Below, piece by piece: positions 1 to 8,649 of a stretch of DNA of 34,679 nucleotides (the first letter of the stretch is position 1; each line of letters starts with the position of its first letter). Where the stretch lies: the NCBI GenBank assembly GCA_902803065.1, contig CADCOP010000076.1, positions 1 through 34,679 of the forward strand. The letters are read 5' to 3'. The notes beneath the pieces are model-generated. The model was not told where the DNA came from and ran no database searches. It saw only the letters and a program-made list of their open reading frames with translations. The translations under genes and the position numbers were made by a program. Source of the DNA: an uncultured Lachnospiraceae bacterium (GTDB lineage: Bacteria; Bacillota; Clostridia; Lachnospirales; Lachnospiraceae).

Positions 1-44
1 CCGATCTATTACTATATTATTTCTGTTGAGTAAGCTCTGTGGAC

Positions 45-77
45 CGTCTGCGCATGCCTTACCCGCATGCGCAGACG
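45..77. repeat. Perfect 13-bp inverted repeat (hairpin with a 7-nt loop) just upstream of recG
   Basis: Read directly: cgtctgcgcatgc (45-57), loop cttaccc, gcatgcgcagacg (65-77). There is no U-tract on either strand, so a terminator role for the unseen upstream gene is only a guess. Confidence 0.6.
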
Positions 78-90
78 CTGATGATATAAA

Positions 91-2151
91 ATGAATGAAC
101 ACAGCCCGCTCACGGTTCTTAAGGGAATCGGTGAAAAGAGCGCAAAGCAGTTTGAAAAAGCCGGGATACATACGCTCGGCGATCTGATCAGATATTATCC
201 GGCCCGCTATGAATTGCTGGAGGCGCCCGGAACCATAGAAGATTGTGCAGACGGCCGCAAAGTGGCCGTCTGTGGTTTTGTCGGGCAGATTCCTGTTGTC
301 CGCTTCGGGGGAGGCATGAGGATCACTTCCGCGAAGATCATAACGGATAATGAAGAGGTCGAAGCTGTATGGTTTAATATGCCTTATCTTCGAAGCCAGG
401 TCCTTCCCGGGAAGAAGTATGTATTCCGGGGGGTTGTAAAGATGCGGGGGCGGCGTAAGGTGCTGACTCAGGCTGCTGTCTTTGATCCGGAAGAATATGA
501 GCAGATGCGGGGAACTCTGCAGCCCGTCTATCCGCTGGTACGGGGACTGACAAGAAACATGCTGGTCCGCGCGGTCAGGCAGCTGATCCAGACAGACGCC
601 TGCTTTGCCACGGAGTATCTGCCTGAGGATATCCGCCGCAGATATTCCCTTGCTGAGCTGGGGTTTTCGCTTCAAAGGATTCACTTTCCCGGTAATGAAA
701 ATGAACTTCAGCAGGCGAGAAACCGGCTGGTCTTTGACGAGTTTTTTATTTTTATCCTCGCGCTGAGGCGTATGAAAGAAGAGCGGGGTGTCTTCAGGCA
801 TGACTGGACCCTTGCGAAAGCGCAGACGCCCGGGAGGATCATACGTGAACTGCCTTACCGTCTGACCGGAGCGCAGATGCGGGTATGGGAAGAGGTCGAA
901 AGAGATCTGCAGAAGCAGGAAGTCTGCGCCCGCCTGATCCAGGGAGATGTCGGTTCTGGTAAAACGATCATTGCTTTTCTCTCTCTTCTGATGGCTGCCG
1001 AGAACGGAGCCCAGGGAGCACTCATGGTACCCACCGAGGTCCTTGCAAGACAGCACTTCGAGGCCTATGAAAAACTCAGGCAGTCTCATGACCTCCCATA
1101 TCAGGCAGTGCTTCTCACCGGTTCCATGAAGGCTTCCGAAAAGAAAGCAGCCCGCAGCCGCATTGAATCAGGAGAAGTTTCCATTGTTATCGGGACTCAT
1201 GCGCTGATACAGGAGAAAGTGAAATACTCACATCTGGCTCTTGTGATCACGGATGAACAGCACCGGTTCGGAGTGAGACAGCGGGAGCAGCTCGGCGATA
1301 AGGGAGATATGCCTCACACGATCGTCATGAGCGCCACACCGATTCCCAGAACACTGGCAGTCATTCTGTACGGAGATCTGGATGTATCCGTGATCGATGA
1401 GATGCCGGCGGACCGCCTCAAGGTCAAAAACTGCGTCGTCGGGCCGAAATGGAGACCAAAGGCATACAGCTTCATTGAAAAAGAAGTACGGCAGGGACAT
1501 CAGGCCTATGTCATTTGTCCGCTTACTGAAGAAAGTGAACTGATGGAAGGGGAAAACGTCGAAGATTACGCTGAAAAGCTCAGAAACGCTCTTCCCGGAG
1601 ACATTCGCGTTGAGTACCTTCACGGAAAGATGAAGCCGGCCGTCAAGAATGACATCATGGAACGTTTCCTGCGAAATGAGATCAATGTGCTTGTCTCAAC
1701 GACAGTGATCGAGGTCGGCGTGAATGTTCCCAACGCAACGGTCATGATGATCGAAAACGCGGATCATTTCGGCCTGGCGCAGCTTCACCAGCTCAGAGGA
1801 AGGGTCGGAAGAGGAAGTGAGCAGTCTTACTGCATCCTGGTAGATTCTGAGGACAGGGAAAAATCATCTGTCCGTCTCGAGGTGCTGAACAGGACAAATG
1901 ATGGCTTCGAGATCGCCGCGGAGGACCTGAAACTGCGCGGACCAGGAGAGATCCTGGGAGTCCGGCAGAGCGGAGAACTTGCTTTTGCCATAGGAGATGT
2001 GTTTGCGGACTCGAAAGTTTTAACACAGGCAGCAGAAGCAGCATCGGAAATATTGCAGAAAGATGCGGCCCTGTCAGCGCCGGAACACTGCAAATTGCTG
2101 AATAAACTGCAGCTGTATATGAATGAAGGCCTCAAAAAACTGAACATTTGA
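91..2151 (+). CDS. recG: ATP-dependent DNA helicase RecG
   Basis: 686-aa ORF. Walker A GDVGSGKT, DEQHRFG (DEAH-type) box, TATPIPRT-like MSATPIPRT, helicase C motifs HGKM...QLRGRVGRG, and an N-terminal wedge-like region. The length is typical of RecG. Confidence 0.96.
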   Translation: MNEHSPLTVLKGIGEKSAKQFEKAGIHTLGDLIRYYPARYELLEAPGTIEDCADGRKVAVCGFVGQIPVVRFGGGMRITSAKIITDNEEVEAVWFNMPYLRSQVLPGKKYVFRGVVKMRGRRKVLTQAAVFDPEEYEQMRGTLQPVYPLVRGLTRNMLVRAVRQLIQTDACFATEYLPEDIRRRYSLAELGFSLQRIHFPGNENELQQARNRLVFDEFFIFILALRRMKEERGVFRHDWTLAKAQTPGRIIRELPYRLTGAQMRVWEEVERDLQKQEVCARLIQGDVGSGKTIIAFLSLLMAAENGAQGALMVPTEVLARQHFEAYEKLRQSHDLPYQAVLLTGSMKASEKKAARSRIESGEVSIVIGTHALIQEKVKYSHLALVITDEQHRFGVRQREQLGDKGDMPHTIVMSATPIPRTLAVILYGDLDVSVIDEMPADRLKVKNCVVGPKWRPKAYSFIEKEVRQGHQAYVICPLTEESELMEGENVEDYAEKLRNALPGDIRVEYLHGKMKPAVKNDIMERFLRNEINVLVSTTVIEVGVNVPNATVMMIENADHFGLAQLHQLRGRVGRGSEQSYCILVDSEDREKSSVRLEVLNRTNDGFEIAAEDLKLRGPGEILGVRQSGELAFAIGDVFADSKVLTQAAEAASEILQKDAALSAPEHCKLLNKLQLYMNEGLKKLNI

Positions 2152-2181
2152 TACAAAAAAAGTTCTTTCCCCGGAAATCCA

Positions 2182-2210
2182 TTGATTTTTGGAAAATTGA
2201 AGAGTATATT
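2182..2210 (+). promoter_or_regulatory. Candidate sigma-70/SigA promoter for the Lys/Ala-rich protein gene
   Basis: TTGATT (2182-2187), 17-nt spacer, TATATT (2205-2210). The ORF-track TTG start at 2182 coincides with the -35 hexamer, which argues for the downstream ATG at 2269. Confidence 0.45.
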
Positions 2211-2268
2211 AACGAAGGTAATTCAAATAGATGTTTACAATGTTTCTCGTGAATGGAGGATTTTTATT

Positions 2269-2745
2269 ATGAAGAAAGATGCAACAAAGACTGTAAAGTC
2301 TGCAGCAAAAACGACAGCAGCAAAGGCTACGGAGAAAGCCGCAAAGGTTGCTGAGTCTGCAGTAAAGACGACTGAGACTGCCGCAGAAGCAGCTGCTCAG
2401 ACTGCAAAAGATGCTAAGGCTAAGGTTGAGGAAAAGGTAGCAAAGCGCGCCGGGGAAGTCAAGGAAGAGGCAATCAAGGCTGAGAAAAAGGCTGTAGCTG
2501 CTGTTAAGGAAGCTGTTAAGAAGGCTCCCGCAAAGAAGACAGCTGTTAAGGAAACCGTATATCTTCAGTACCTTGGAAAAGAGATCGACAAGGATGCTCT
2601 GATCGCTCAGGTTAAAGAGATCTGGACAAAGGATATGAATAAGAATGCTTCCGAGATGAAGAGCGTAGTTCTGTACCTCAAGCCGGAAGACAACGCGGCA
2701 TACTATGTCATCAACGACGAAGTATCCGGAAAGATCGACCTTTGA
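2269..2745 (+). CDS. Small protein with a histone-H1-like Lys/Ala/Glu-rich N-terminal half and a compact conserved-looking C-terminal domain
   Basis: The ATG at 2269 is preceded by GGAGG (2254-2258 region). Residues 1-95 are low-complexity KTVKSAAKTTAAKATEKAAK...KKAPAKKTAVKE. The C-terminal roughly 60 aa (VYLQYLGKEIDKDALIAQVKEIWTKD...YYVINDEVSGKIDL) looks globular. It may belong to a Firmicutes DUF family, but I cannot verify this. Confidence 0.75.
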   Translation: MKKDATKTVKSAAKTTAAKATEKAAKVAESAVKTTETAAEAAAQTAKDAKAKVEEKVAKRAGEVKEEAIKAEKKAVAAVKEAVKKAPAKKTAVKETVYLQYLGKEIDKDALIAQVKEIWTKDMNKNASEMKSVVLYLKPEDNAAYYVINDEVSGKIDL

Positions 2746-2772
2746 TCTGTATCCTGATTGATATCAATGCAT

Positions 2773-2832
2773 AAAAAAGCCGGAATACGAAGCAGCCTCC
2801 TTTCGGAGCGTGTCTCGTATTCCGGCTTTTAT
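2773..2832. terminator. Bidirectional intrinsic terminator between convergent genes
   Basis: Long hairpin: gccggaatacga (2779-2790) pairs with tcgtattccggc (2815-2826), with an inner ctcc/ggag stem. It is flanked by an A-run (2773-2778) and a T-run (2827-2830), so it can terminate both strands. Confidence 0.8.
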
Positions 2833-2840
2833 TCTGCCGG

Positions 2841-3245
2841 TCAGTAAAGCGGTTTCATGCTTCTTCGCCAGTCAAGATCACCATTGGCCAGTCCCAGAAC
2901 CATGGATTCTGCCGTTGCAATGTTTGTCGCGATTGGAATATTGTACCGGTCGCATACGCGTGTGATAGAGAAGATGTTCGCTTCATTGGGACTGTTCATG
3001 ATCGGATTATAAAAGAATATGACAAGATCAAAATAATTCCTTTCGATCATATCGATAAACTGCTTTTCGCCTCCGACACTGCCTGAAAGAAACTTATGAA
3101 CTTTCAGGTTTGTTACTTCCTCTATTCGTCTTCCTGTCATTTCAGTGGCATAAAGCTCATGCCATGCAAGAATATACTTATAGGCAAGGCAGAAATTTTC
3201 AATCAGGCTTTTTTTGCTGTTGTGTGCAATAAATCCTATGTTCAT
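2841..3245 (-). CDS. Methylglyoxal synthase-like (MGS-fold) protein with substitutions at the canonical catalytic positions
   Basis: The 134-aa protein aligns by eye along its whole length with MgsA (IAH.SKK..., LYAT..TG, SG..GG..Q, DLVIFF, NIP(I/L)ATN..TAE). It reads AHN for AHD, TEMTG for TGTTG, GGEKQ for GGDQQ and NPI..SPNEAN for DPL..(Q/V)PH(D/E)PD. Confidence 0.8.
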   Translation of the reverse strand: MNIGFIAHNSKKSLIENFCLAYKYILAWHELYATEMTGRRIEEVTNLKVHKFLSGSVGGEKQFIDMIERNYFDLVIFFYNPIMNSPNEANIFSITRVCDRYNIPIATNIATAESMVLGLANGDLDWRRSMKPLY

Positions 3246-3387
3246 GTCGTTATTCTCCTCGTCCTGATTATTATCTTATACTCAGAATACAGTTTACATT
3301 ATAATAAATAATGCTGAATGAATCAATTAAAAAATTAGAAAAATAGTTAAAAATGAACAAAGAAGAGTTGTCTGATAAAACAACAAG

Positions 3388-3416
3388 TTGACATAAAAGG
3401 TACCTGTACATAAAAT
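3388..3416 (+). promoter_or_regulatory. Candidate SigA promoter of the rsmD-coaD operon
   Basis: TTGACA (3388-3393), 17-nt spacer, TAAAAT (3411-3416), in an AT-rich intergenic region. The ORF-track ATG at 3415 lies inside the -10 element, so the ATG at 3460 is the likely start. Confidence 0.6.
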
Positions 3417-3459
3417 GAAATCGGCTGAAGAGTCTATTATCAGTAACAGGGAGATAAAT

Positions 3460-4017
3460 ATGAGAGTAATTGCCGGCACTGCCAGGAGACTGGAACTGAA
3501 AACACCCGCGGGACTGGATACCAGGCCCACGACAGACAGAATCAAGGAGACCCTGTTTAATATTCTGTACGGACAGTATGAAGGCGGAGCCTTCCTGGAC
3601 CTTTTTGCAGGCAGCGGCGGAATTGGCATAGAAGCACTCAGCCGGGGCGCTTCAAAAGCTGTTTTTGTCGAACACGGGCGGGAAGCGCTTTCCTGTATCC
3701 GTTCCAATCTGGAACATACACGGCTTGGGGCTTCTGCAGAAGTCCTGGGAATGGATGTGATCCGTGCCATTCATTTTCTTGACGGAAGACCATCGTTCCG
3801 GGTGATCTTCATGGACCCTCCTTATGACCAGGGGCTGGAACGGCAGGCCCTGGAAGCCCTGAGGACGACTACACTTGCCGACGAACAGACGGTCATTATT
3901 GTGGAGGCACTGCTGAATACGGATTTCGGATATCTGGACTCACTTGGTTATGAATGTACCAGGGAGAAGGTCTATAAGACCAATAAGCATGTATTTATCC
4001 GGCGTAAGGAGGACTGA
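3460..4017 (+). CDS. rsmD: 16S rRNA (guanine966-N2)-methyltransferase RsmD
   Basis: [16 protein letters not shown]... N-terminus typical of RsmD, SAM-binding [23 protein letters not shown] motif, GGGAG RBS before 3460, and conserved rsmD-coaD gene order. Confidence 0.9.
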   Translation: MRVIAGTARRLELKTPAGLDTRPTTDRIKETLFNILYGQYEGGAFLDLFAGSGGIGIEALSRGASKAVFVEHGREALSCIRSNLEHTRLGASAEVLGMDVIRAIHFLDGRPSFRVIFMDPPYDQGLERQALEALRTTTLADEQTVIIVEALLNTDFGYLDSLGYECTREKVYKTNKHVFIRRKED

Positions 4018-4019
4018 TC

Positions 4020-4532
4020 ATGAGAAGAGCTGTGTATCCCGGAAGCTTCGATCCTGTCACATTCGGACACCTTGATATTATCCGTCGTTCTGCGGGACTT
4101 GTCGATGAATTAATTATCGGAGTGCTTGTAAATCATGCAAAAACACCATTGTTTTCTGCAGAAGAACGTGTTAATATGTTAAAGGATGTGACCAAAAATC
4201 TGCCTAATGTACGTGTTGAATCCTTTTCGGGATTATCTGTTGATTTTCTTGAAATGTGTAACGCGCGTTTTATTGTGCGCGGACTTCGTGCGATCACTGA
4301 TTTTGAGTATGAGCTGCAAATGGCTCAGACGAACAGAATCATGTCACCGGGAATCGACACGATCTTTCTTACGACCAGCCTTGAGTACGCATATCTGAGT
4401 TCAACAACGGTCAAGGAAGTCGCGCTTTACGGCGGCGATATCAGCAGGTTCGTTCCTGGCATCGTTGCCGATAAGATCGCTGAGAGAGTCAGCCATATAA
4501 AGAAGGCAGAAAAGACAGATAATATAAGCTGA
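4020..4532 (+). CDS. coaD: Phosphopantetheine adenylyltransferase
   Basis: [18 protein letters not shown] (the nucleotidyltransferase (T/H)xGH motif), FIVRGLR, and ISSTTVKE-type C-terminal motif (LSSTTVKEV). About 165 aa is typical. Confidence 0.95.
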   Translation: MRRAVYPGSFDPVTFGHLDIIRRSAGLVDELIIGVLVNHAKTPLFSAEERVNMLKDVTKNLPNVRVESFSGLSVDFLEMCNARFIVRGLRAITDFEYELQMAQTNRIMSPGIDTIFLTTSLEYAYLSSTTVKEVALYGGDISRFVPGIVADKIAERVSHIKKAEKTDNIS

Positions 4533-4586
4533 AATCGGATTATCAGATCATTATCAATCGTTTCATGAAGTAAAGAGGGGAGAGCC

Positions 4587-5198
4587 ATGAGCAGCAGAAT
4601 TGAACAGATCATAGAAGAGATCGAGGAGTATATAGACAGTTGTAAATTTCAGCCGTTATCTTCTACCAAGATCGTAGTCAACAAAGAGGAACTTGAAGAG
4701 CTTCTTCGTGAGCTTCGCATGAAGACACCGGACGAGATCAAGAGATACCAGAAGATCATCAGCAATAAGGACGCCATTCTGGATGATGCCAAGGCGAAAG
4801 CTGACGCGATCATTGCCGAAGCCGAAGCAAAGGCTGAAAGAATCGTGAGCGAGAGCGAGGTTATGCGCAGAGCCATGGAACAGTCTGACCAGCTGATCGA
4901 GCAGACCAATTCGCAGGCGCAGGAGATCTATGACAGCGCAATGAATGAAGCCGGCCAGATCCGCACAAGCGCTATGGCATATACGGATGAAATGCTGGAA
5001 AACCTCGAAAAGATCATGGATCATACACTGGATTCCGCGGGTCAGAAATATAATAATTTCCTGAACGCCATCCAGTCCTGCCTTGACATCGTGAAGAAGA
5101 ACCGCGCAGAACTCGCGCCGCAGACCGGCAGTTCTTCCTACACAAAGCCGGAGGAAACAGACGAGGATACCGATGATTCTGCAGACGATGATGAATAA
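4587..5198 (+). CDS. Coiled-coil protein with an acidic C-terminal tail (function unknown)
   Basis: 203-aa ORF with an RBS (GAGGGGAG) upstream. Heptad-like, charged composition (EELEELLRELR, AKAKADAIIAEAEAKAERIV) and a terminal EETDEDTDDSADDDE. It is followed by a strong terminator. Confidence 0.7.
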   Translation: MSSRIEQIIEEIEEYIDSCKFQPLSSTKIVVNKEELEELLRELRMKTPDEIKRYQKIISNKDAILDDAKAKADAIIAEAEAKAERIVSESEVMRRAMEQSDQLIEQTNSQAQEIYDSAMNEAGQIRTSAMAYTDEMLENLEKIMDHTLDSAGQKYNNFLNAIQSCLDIVKKNRAELAPQTGSSSYTKPEETDEDTDDSADDDE

Positions 5199-5248
5199 TG
5201 CATGATCTGCGGTCCGGCAATCTGACTGATCTATAATCGTATACACTG

Positions 5249-5296
5249 GGGCATCTGAAGAAACCGCATTTCCGGTTTTCAGATGCCCTGTTTTTT
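5249..5296 (+). terminator. Intrinsic terminator of the rsmD-coaD-coiled-coil operon
   Basis: gggcatctgaa (5249-5259) pairs with ttcagatgccc (5278-5288), followed by tgtttttt (5289-5296). Confidence 0.85.
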
Positions 5297-5323
5297 AGGG
5301 AACACACCAGCGGAGGAAGTCTG

Positions 5324-6055
5324 ATGGAAAGACTGGATAAGTTCCTTGCGTCCGCGGGGCTGGGTACGCGCTCTCAGGTGAAGGATCATCTGAAAAAGGG
5401 GAGGATCCGGGTCAACGGACAGGTCATAAAAGACGGATCACTGAAGGTGGATCCCGAGAGAGACGCTGTCATGTTTGACCAGAAAAGCATAACAGGTTTC
5501 ACGGAGGCTTATTATATGCTTCATAAGCCTGCCGGGTTTATCACGGCTTCGCGCGATGACAGAACACCGGTCGTGCTTGACCTTTTCCCGGAGGAGCTGC
5601 GCCGCGGCCTGATACCCGTCGGCAGGCTGGATATCGATACGGAGGGCCTTCTGCTCCTGACAACAGACGGGGCATTGTGCCACAGGCTGATATCACCCAG
5701 GCATCATGCGGTGAAGGTTTATGAAGCCATCGTTTCTGGATCACTGTCTGCAGACGCGGCTGAATGTTTTCGCGAGGGCCTCGACATCGGTGATGATAAG
5801 AAAACTCTTCCCGCGCAGCTGTCCGTGCTGGGCAGTGTACCTGGTGAAAATGGTGAGGAATGTGCTTTGGTCCGCATCGCTCTTCAGGAAGGCCGTTATC
5901 ATCAGGTCAAACGTATGATCCATGCTGTCGGGGGACATGTGATATACCTGAAAAGAATCTCCATGGGAGGAGTCGGACTGGATCCGGAGCTTGAAAAAGG
6001 AAAATACCGGAAACTGACAGCAGATGAGATCGAGAAGCTGAAACAGATCGAATGA
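5324..6055 (+). CDS. RsuA/RluB-family rRNA pseudouridine synthase with an N-terminal S4 domain
   Basis: RLDKFLA...GLGTRSQVK S4-like N-terminus, catalytic GRLDIDTEGLLLLTTDG, and GRYHQVKRM motif. Confidence 0.9.
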   Translation: MERLDKFLASAGLGTRSQVKDHLKKGRIRVNGQVIKDGSLKVDPERDAVMFDQKSITGFTEAYYMLHKPAGFITASRDDRTPVVLDLFPEELRRGLIPVGRLDIDTEGLLLLTTDGALCHRLISPRHHAVKVYEAIVSGSLSADAAECFREGLDIGDDKKTLPAQLSVLGSVPGENGEECALVRIALQEGRYHQVKRMIHAVGGHVIYLKRISMGGVGLDPELEKGKYRKLTADEIEKLKQIE

Positions 6056-6076
6056 CCATGACGTAAAGGACACAGA

Positions 6077-7966
6077 ATGAGTAATTTTCTGCCGGTCTCA
6101 GCAAAAGACCTGAAACAAAGAAATATAAAGCAGCTTGATTTCGTTTATGTGATCGGCGACGCGTATGTGGACCATCCATCCTTCGGTCATGCGATCATCA
6201 GCCGCGTTCTTGAATCGCGCGGCTTTTCCGTCGGAATCATATCGCAGCCGGACTGGAAAGATCCTGCATCCGTGACCATTTTAGGCAGGCCCAGGTTAGG
6301 TTTTCTGGTCTCGGCCGGTAACATGGATTCGATGGTCAATCACTATACGGTGGCGAAAAAGAGGCGCAGCAGTGACAGCTATACGCCCGGCGGGGCTTCC
6401 GGAAAGCGGCCGGACAGGGCTGTGATCGTCTACAGCAATCTGATCCGGCAAAGCTATAAGGATATCCCTGTCATAGCAGGCGGAATAGAAGCAAGCCTTC
6501 GGCGGCTTGCGCATTATGACTACTGGAGCGATTCTCTGCGCCGGTCCGTTCTCATGGACTGCGGCGCAGACCTGATATCCTACGGGATGGGAGAGAGATC
6601 GATCGTTGAGATCGCGGAAGCTCTTGACGCGGGAATCGCTGTAAAGGACATCACTTTTGTCCCGGGGACATGCTTCCGTACAAAAAACACGGATGTACTG
6701 GCCGATGCCGTCATGCTTCCGTCTTATGATGAACTCCTATCGGATCCTGCAAAGTACGCTTCCAGTTTTTATGAACAGTACTGCAATACGGATCCGATCA
6801 ACGGCAAACAGCTGGCGGAGCGGTACGGCACTGTGTATGTGGTCCAGAATCCGCCATCGGCTCCACTGACACAGGAAGAAATGGATTCCGTATACAGCCT
6901 GCCATACATGAGAGAGCCGCATCCATCCTATGACGCGATGGGCGGCGTCCCCGCCATATCTGAGGTCAGGTTCAGCCTCGTGAGCAACCGGGGGTGTTTC
7001 GGTGGCTGCAATTTCTGCGCTCTGACGTTTCACCAGGGACGATTTCTGCAGACCCGGAGCCATGAATCGATCCTGCAGGAAGCTGAGCAGATGACCAGGG
7101 ATCCGCAGTTTAAGGGCTACATACATGATGTAGGCGGTCCGACAGCCAATTTCCGCCATCCATCCTGCAGAAAACAGCTGACGCGCGGTGTATGCAAAAA
7201 CAGGCAGTGCCTGTTTCCGAAGCCGTGTCCGAACCTTGAGGTCGATCACAGCGATTACGTTACCCTTCTGCGGAGCCTTCGCAAGATTCCGGGAGTTAAA
7301 AAGGTTTTCGTACGCTCCGGGATCCGGTTTGACTATGTGTGTGCCGACAAAGATGATACATTCCTGGAGGAACTTGTAAAGCATCATGTCAGCGGACAGC
7401 TTAAGGTAGCTCCTGAGCATATTTCCGATCGTGTGCTTTCCATGCTCGGAAAGCCGGAGCATAAAGTATATCTTTCATTTGTAAAAAAATATGAGGATAT
7501 GAACAGAAAGCTGGGCAAAGACCAGTACCTTGTGCCCTATTTCATGTCCTCGCATCCCGGCTGCACGCTTAGCGATGCCATCATGCTCGCTGAGTATCTC
7601 CGGGACATTCACCATATGCCTGAACAGGTGCAGGATTTTTACCCCACACCGTCGACCATATCCACCTGCATGTACTATACCGGACTTGATCCGCGGACCA
7701 TGCAGAAGGTCTATGTTCCGAAGGACCCCCATGAGAAGGCCATGCAGCGGGCACTGATGCAGTATGCCCTTCCGCAGAACAGGTCCCTCGTGGAGGAGGC
7801 GCTGCGTATTGCCCACAGAGAGGACCTGATCGGTTTCGGACCGAAATGCCTCATCCGTCCGGAAAAGCAGGCCGCGTCCGGAGAAGGAACTGTGCATGGA
7901 AAAAACAGCAGTAAGAGCAGGGGCAGAAAGCGCACCATACGAAACATTCATAAAAAGCATTCATAA
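6077..7966 (+). CDS. ygiQ: YgiQ-family (UPF0313) radical SAM protein
   Basis: The MSNFLP(V/T)S...DFVYV(I/T)[12 protein letters not shown]-terminus is characteristic of YgiQ. CxxxCxxC cluster motif [12 protein letters not shown], a basic C-terminal tail, and about 630 aa. Confidence 0.88.
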   Translation: MSNFLPVSAKDLKQRNIKQLDFVYVIGDAYVDHPSFGHAIISRVLESRGFSVGIISQPDWKDPASVTILGRPRLGFLVSAGNMDSMVNHYTVAKKRRSSDSYTPGGASGKRPDRAVIVYSNLIRQSYKDIPVIAGGIEASLRRLAHYDYWSDSLRRSVLMDCGADLISYGMGERSIVEIAEALDAGIAVKDITFVPGTCFRTKNTDVLADAVMLPSYDELLSDPAKYASSFYEQYCNTDPINGKQLAERYGTVYVVQNPPSAPLTQEEMDSVYSLPYMREPHPSYDAMGGVPAISEVRFSLVSNRGCFGGCNFCALTFHQGRFLQTRSHESILQEAEQMTRDPQFKGYIHDVGGPTANFRHPSCRKQLTRGVCKNRQCLFPKPCPNLEVDHSDYVTLLRSLRKIPGVKKVFVRSGIRFDYVCADKDDTFLEELVKHHVSGQLKVAPEHISDRVLSMLGKPEHKVYLSFVKKYEDMNRKLGKDQYLVPYFMSSHPGCTLSDAIMLAEYLRDIHHMPEQVQDFYPTPSTISTCMYYTGLDPRTMQKVYVPKDPHEKAMQRALMQYALPQNRSLVEEALRIAHREDLIGFGPKCLIRPEKQAASGEGTVHGKNSSKSRGRKRTIRNIHKKHS

Positions 7967-8014
7967 AAAGCATTCCTGAAAAAGCATTCCTGAAAGGGCA
8001 TTTCTGAAAAAGGG
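7945..8014. repeat. Five imperfect tandem copies of a 13-16-nt unit spanning the ygiQ stop codon
   Basis: cattcataaaaag (7945-7957), cattcataaaaag (7958-7970), cattcctgaaaaag (7971-7984), cattcctgaaaggg (7985-7998), catttctgaaaaaggg (7999-8014). Confidence 0.8.
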
Positions 8015-8037
8015 AAGCTGCTTATGACCGGAGGATT

Positions 8038-8649
8038 ATGAAGAAAACATCAAAGGGAAAAGCCGGCTACTATTCTTATGAAAAGAAAAAAAGATTTCTG
8101 ATCATGGCTGTGATGTTCGCGATTCCGCTGGCTATCTTTGCGACCGGGCTGATCATGTATCATACCAGAAACAATGTACTGACCGTCCTCGCGGTTGTCG
8201 GCGTGATCCCCGCGGCAAGATCCGCGGTCAGCTGGATCATGGTCTTTCTTGAAAAAGGTGTTCCGGAGGACATTGCTGCGCTGACCGAAAAAAACGCTCA
8301 TGACCTGGTCCGCGGATATGAACTGTGTGTTACCGCGTATGAAGGACGCATGCCGCTGGACGCTGTGGTCATCTGCGGTAATTCCGTTGCCTGTTACAGC
8401 AGCAGAGGCAATAAGGAAAAGTTCTCCTTTATGGAGCAGCACATGACGAAGATTCTCAGTTCAAACGACATCTACGGAGTGAAGGTGAAGATATTTTCTG
8501 AAAAGAAAGCTTTTGCCGAGAGGATCCGGAGCCTGAATGAGAACCCGCAGCCAGCCAGAGATAACCTCAGATACAGACCAAATGAGCAGTACCCGGATCT
8601 TTCCGGCGATGAACTGATCTGGGAAACACTGAAATCGATTGCCATATGA
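8038..8649 (+). CDS. Hypothetical membrane protein (two predicted TM helices plus a cytoplasmic domain)
   Basis: GGAGG RBS at 8030-8034. Hydrophobic segments FLIMAVMFAIPLAIFATGLIM and VLTVLAVVGVIPAARSAVSWIMVF. The stop overlaps the next gene's start (ATGA at 8646-8649). I recognised no motif. Confidence 0.7.
   Translation: MKKTSKGKAGYYSYEKKKRFLIMAVMFAIPLAIFATGLIMYHTRNNVLTVLAVVGVIPAARSAVSWIMVFLEKGVPEDIAALTEKNAHDLVRGYELCVTAYEGRMPLDAVVICGNSVACYSSRGNKEKFSFMEQHMTKILSSNDIYGVKVKIFSEKKAFAERIRSLNENPQPARDNLRYRPNEQYPDLSGDELIWETLKSIAI

Noticed and set aside
4656-5246. 196-aa minus-strand ORF opposite the coiled-coil gene. Similar long antisense ORFs occur at 6737-7462, 9578-10204, 11870-12430, 15497-16084, 23160-23762, 25965-26471, 29982-30788 and 32027-32530.
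   Set aside because: Each lies entirely within a confidently identified gene on the other strand, and none has recognisable motifs. I treated them all as shadow ORFs.
7945-8014. Tandem repeats considered as a CRISPR array or mini-satellite regulatory array
   Set aside because: The units are only 13-16 nt and directly adjacent, with no spacers. This is far too short for CRISPR, so I kept it only as a low-interest repeat.
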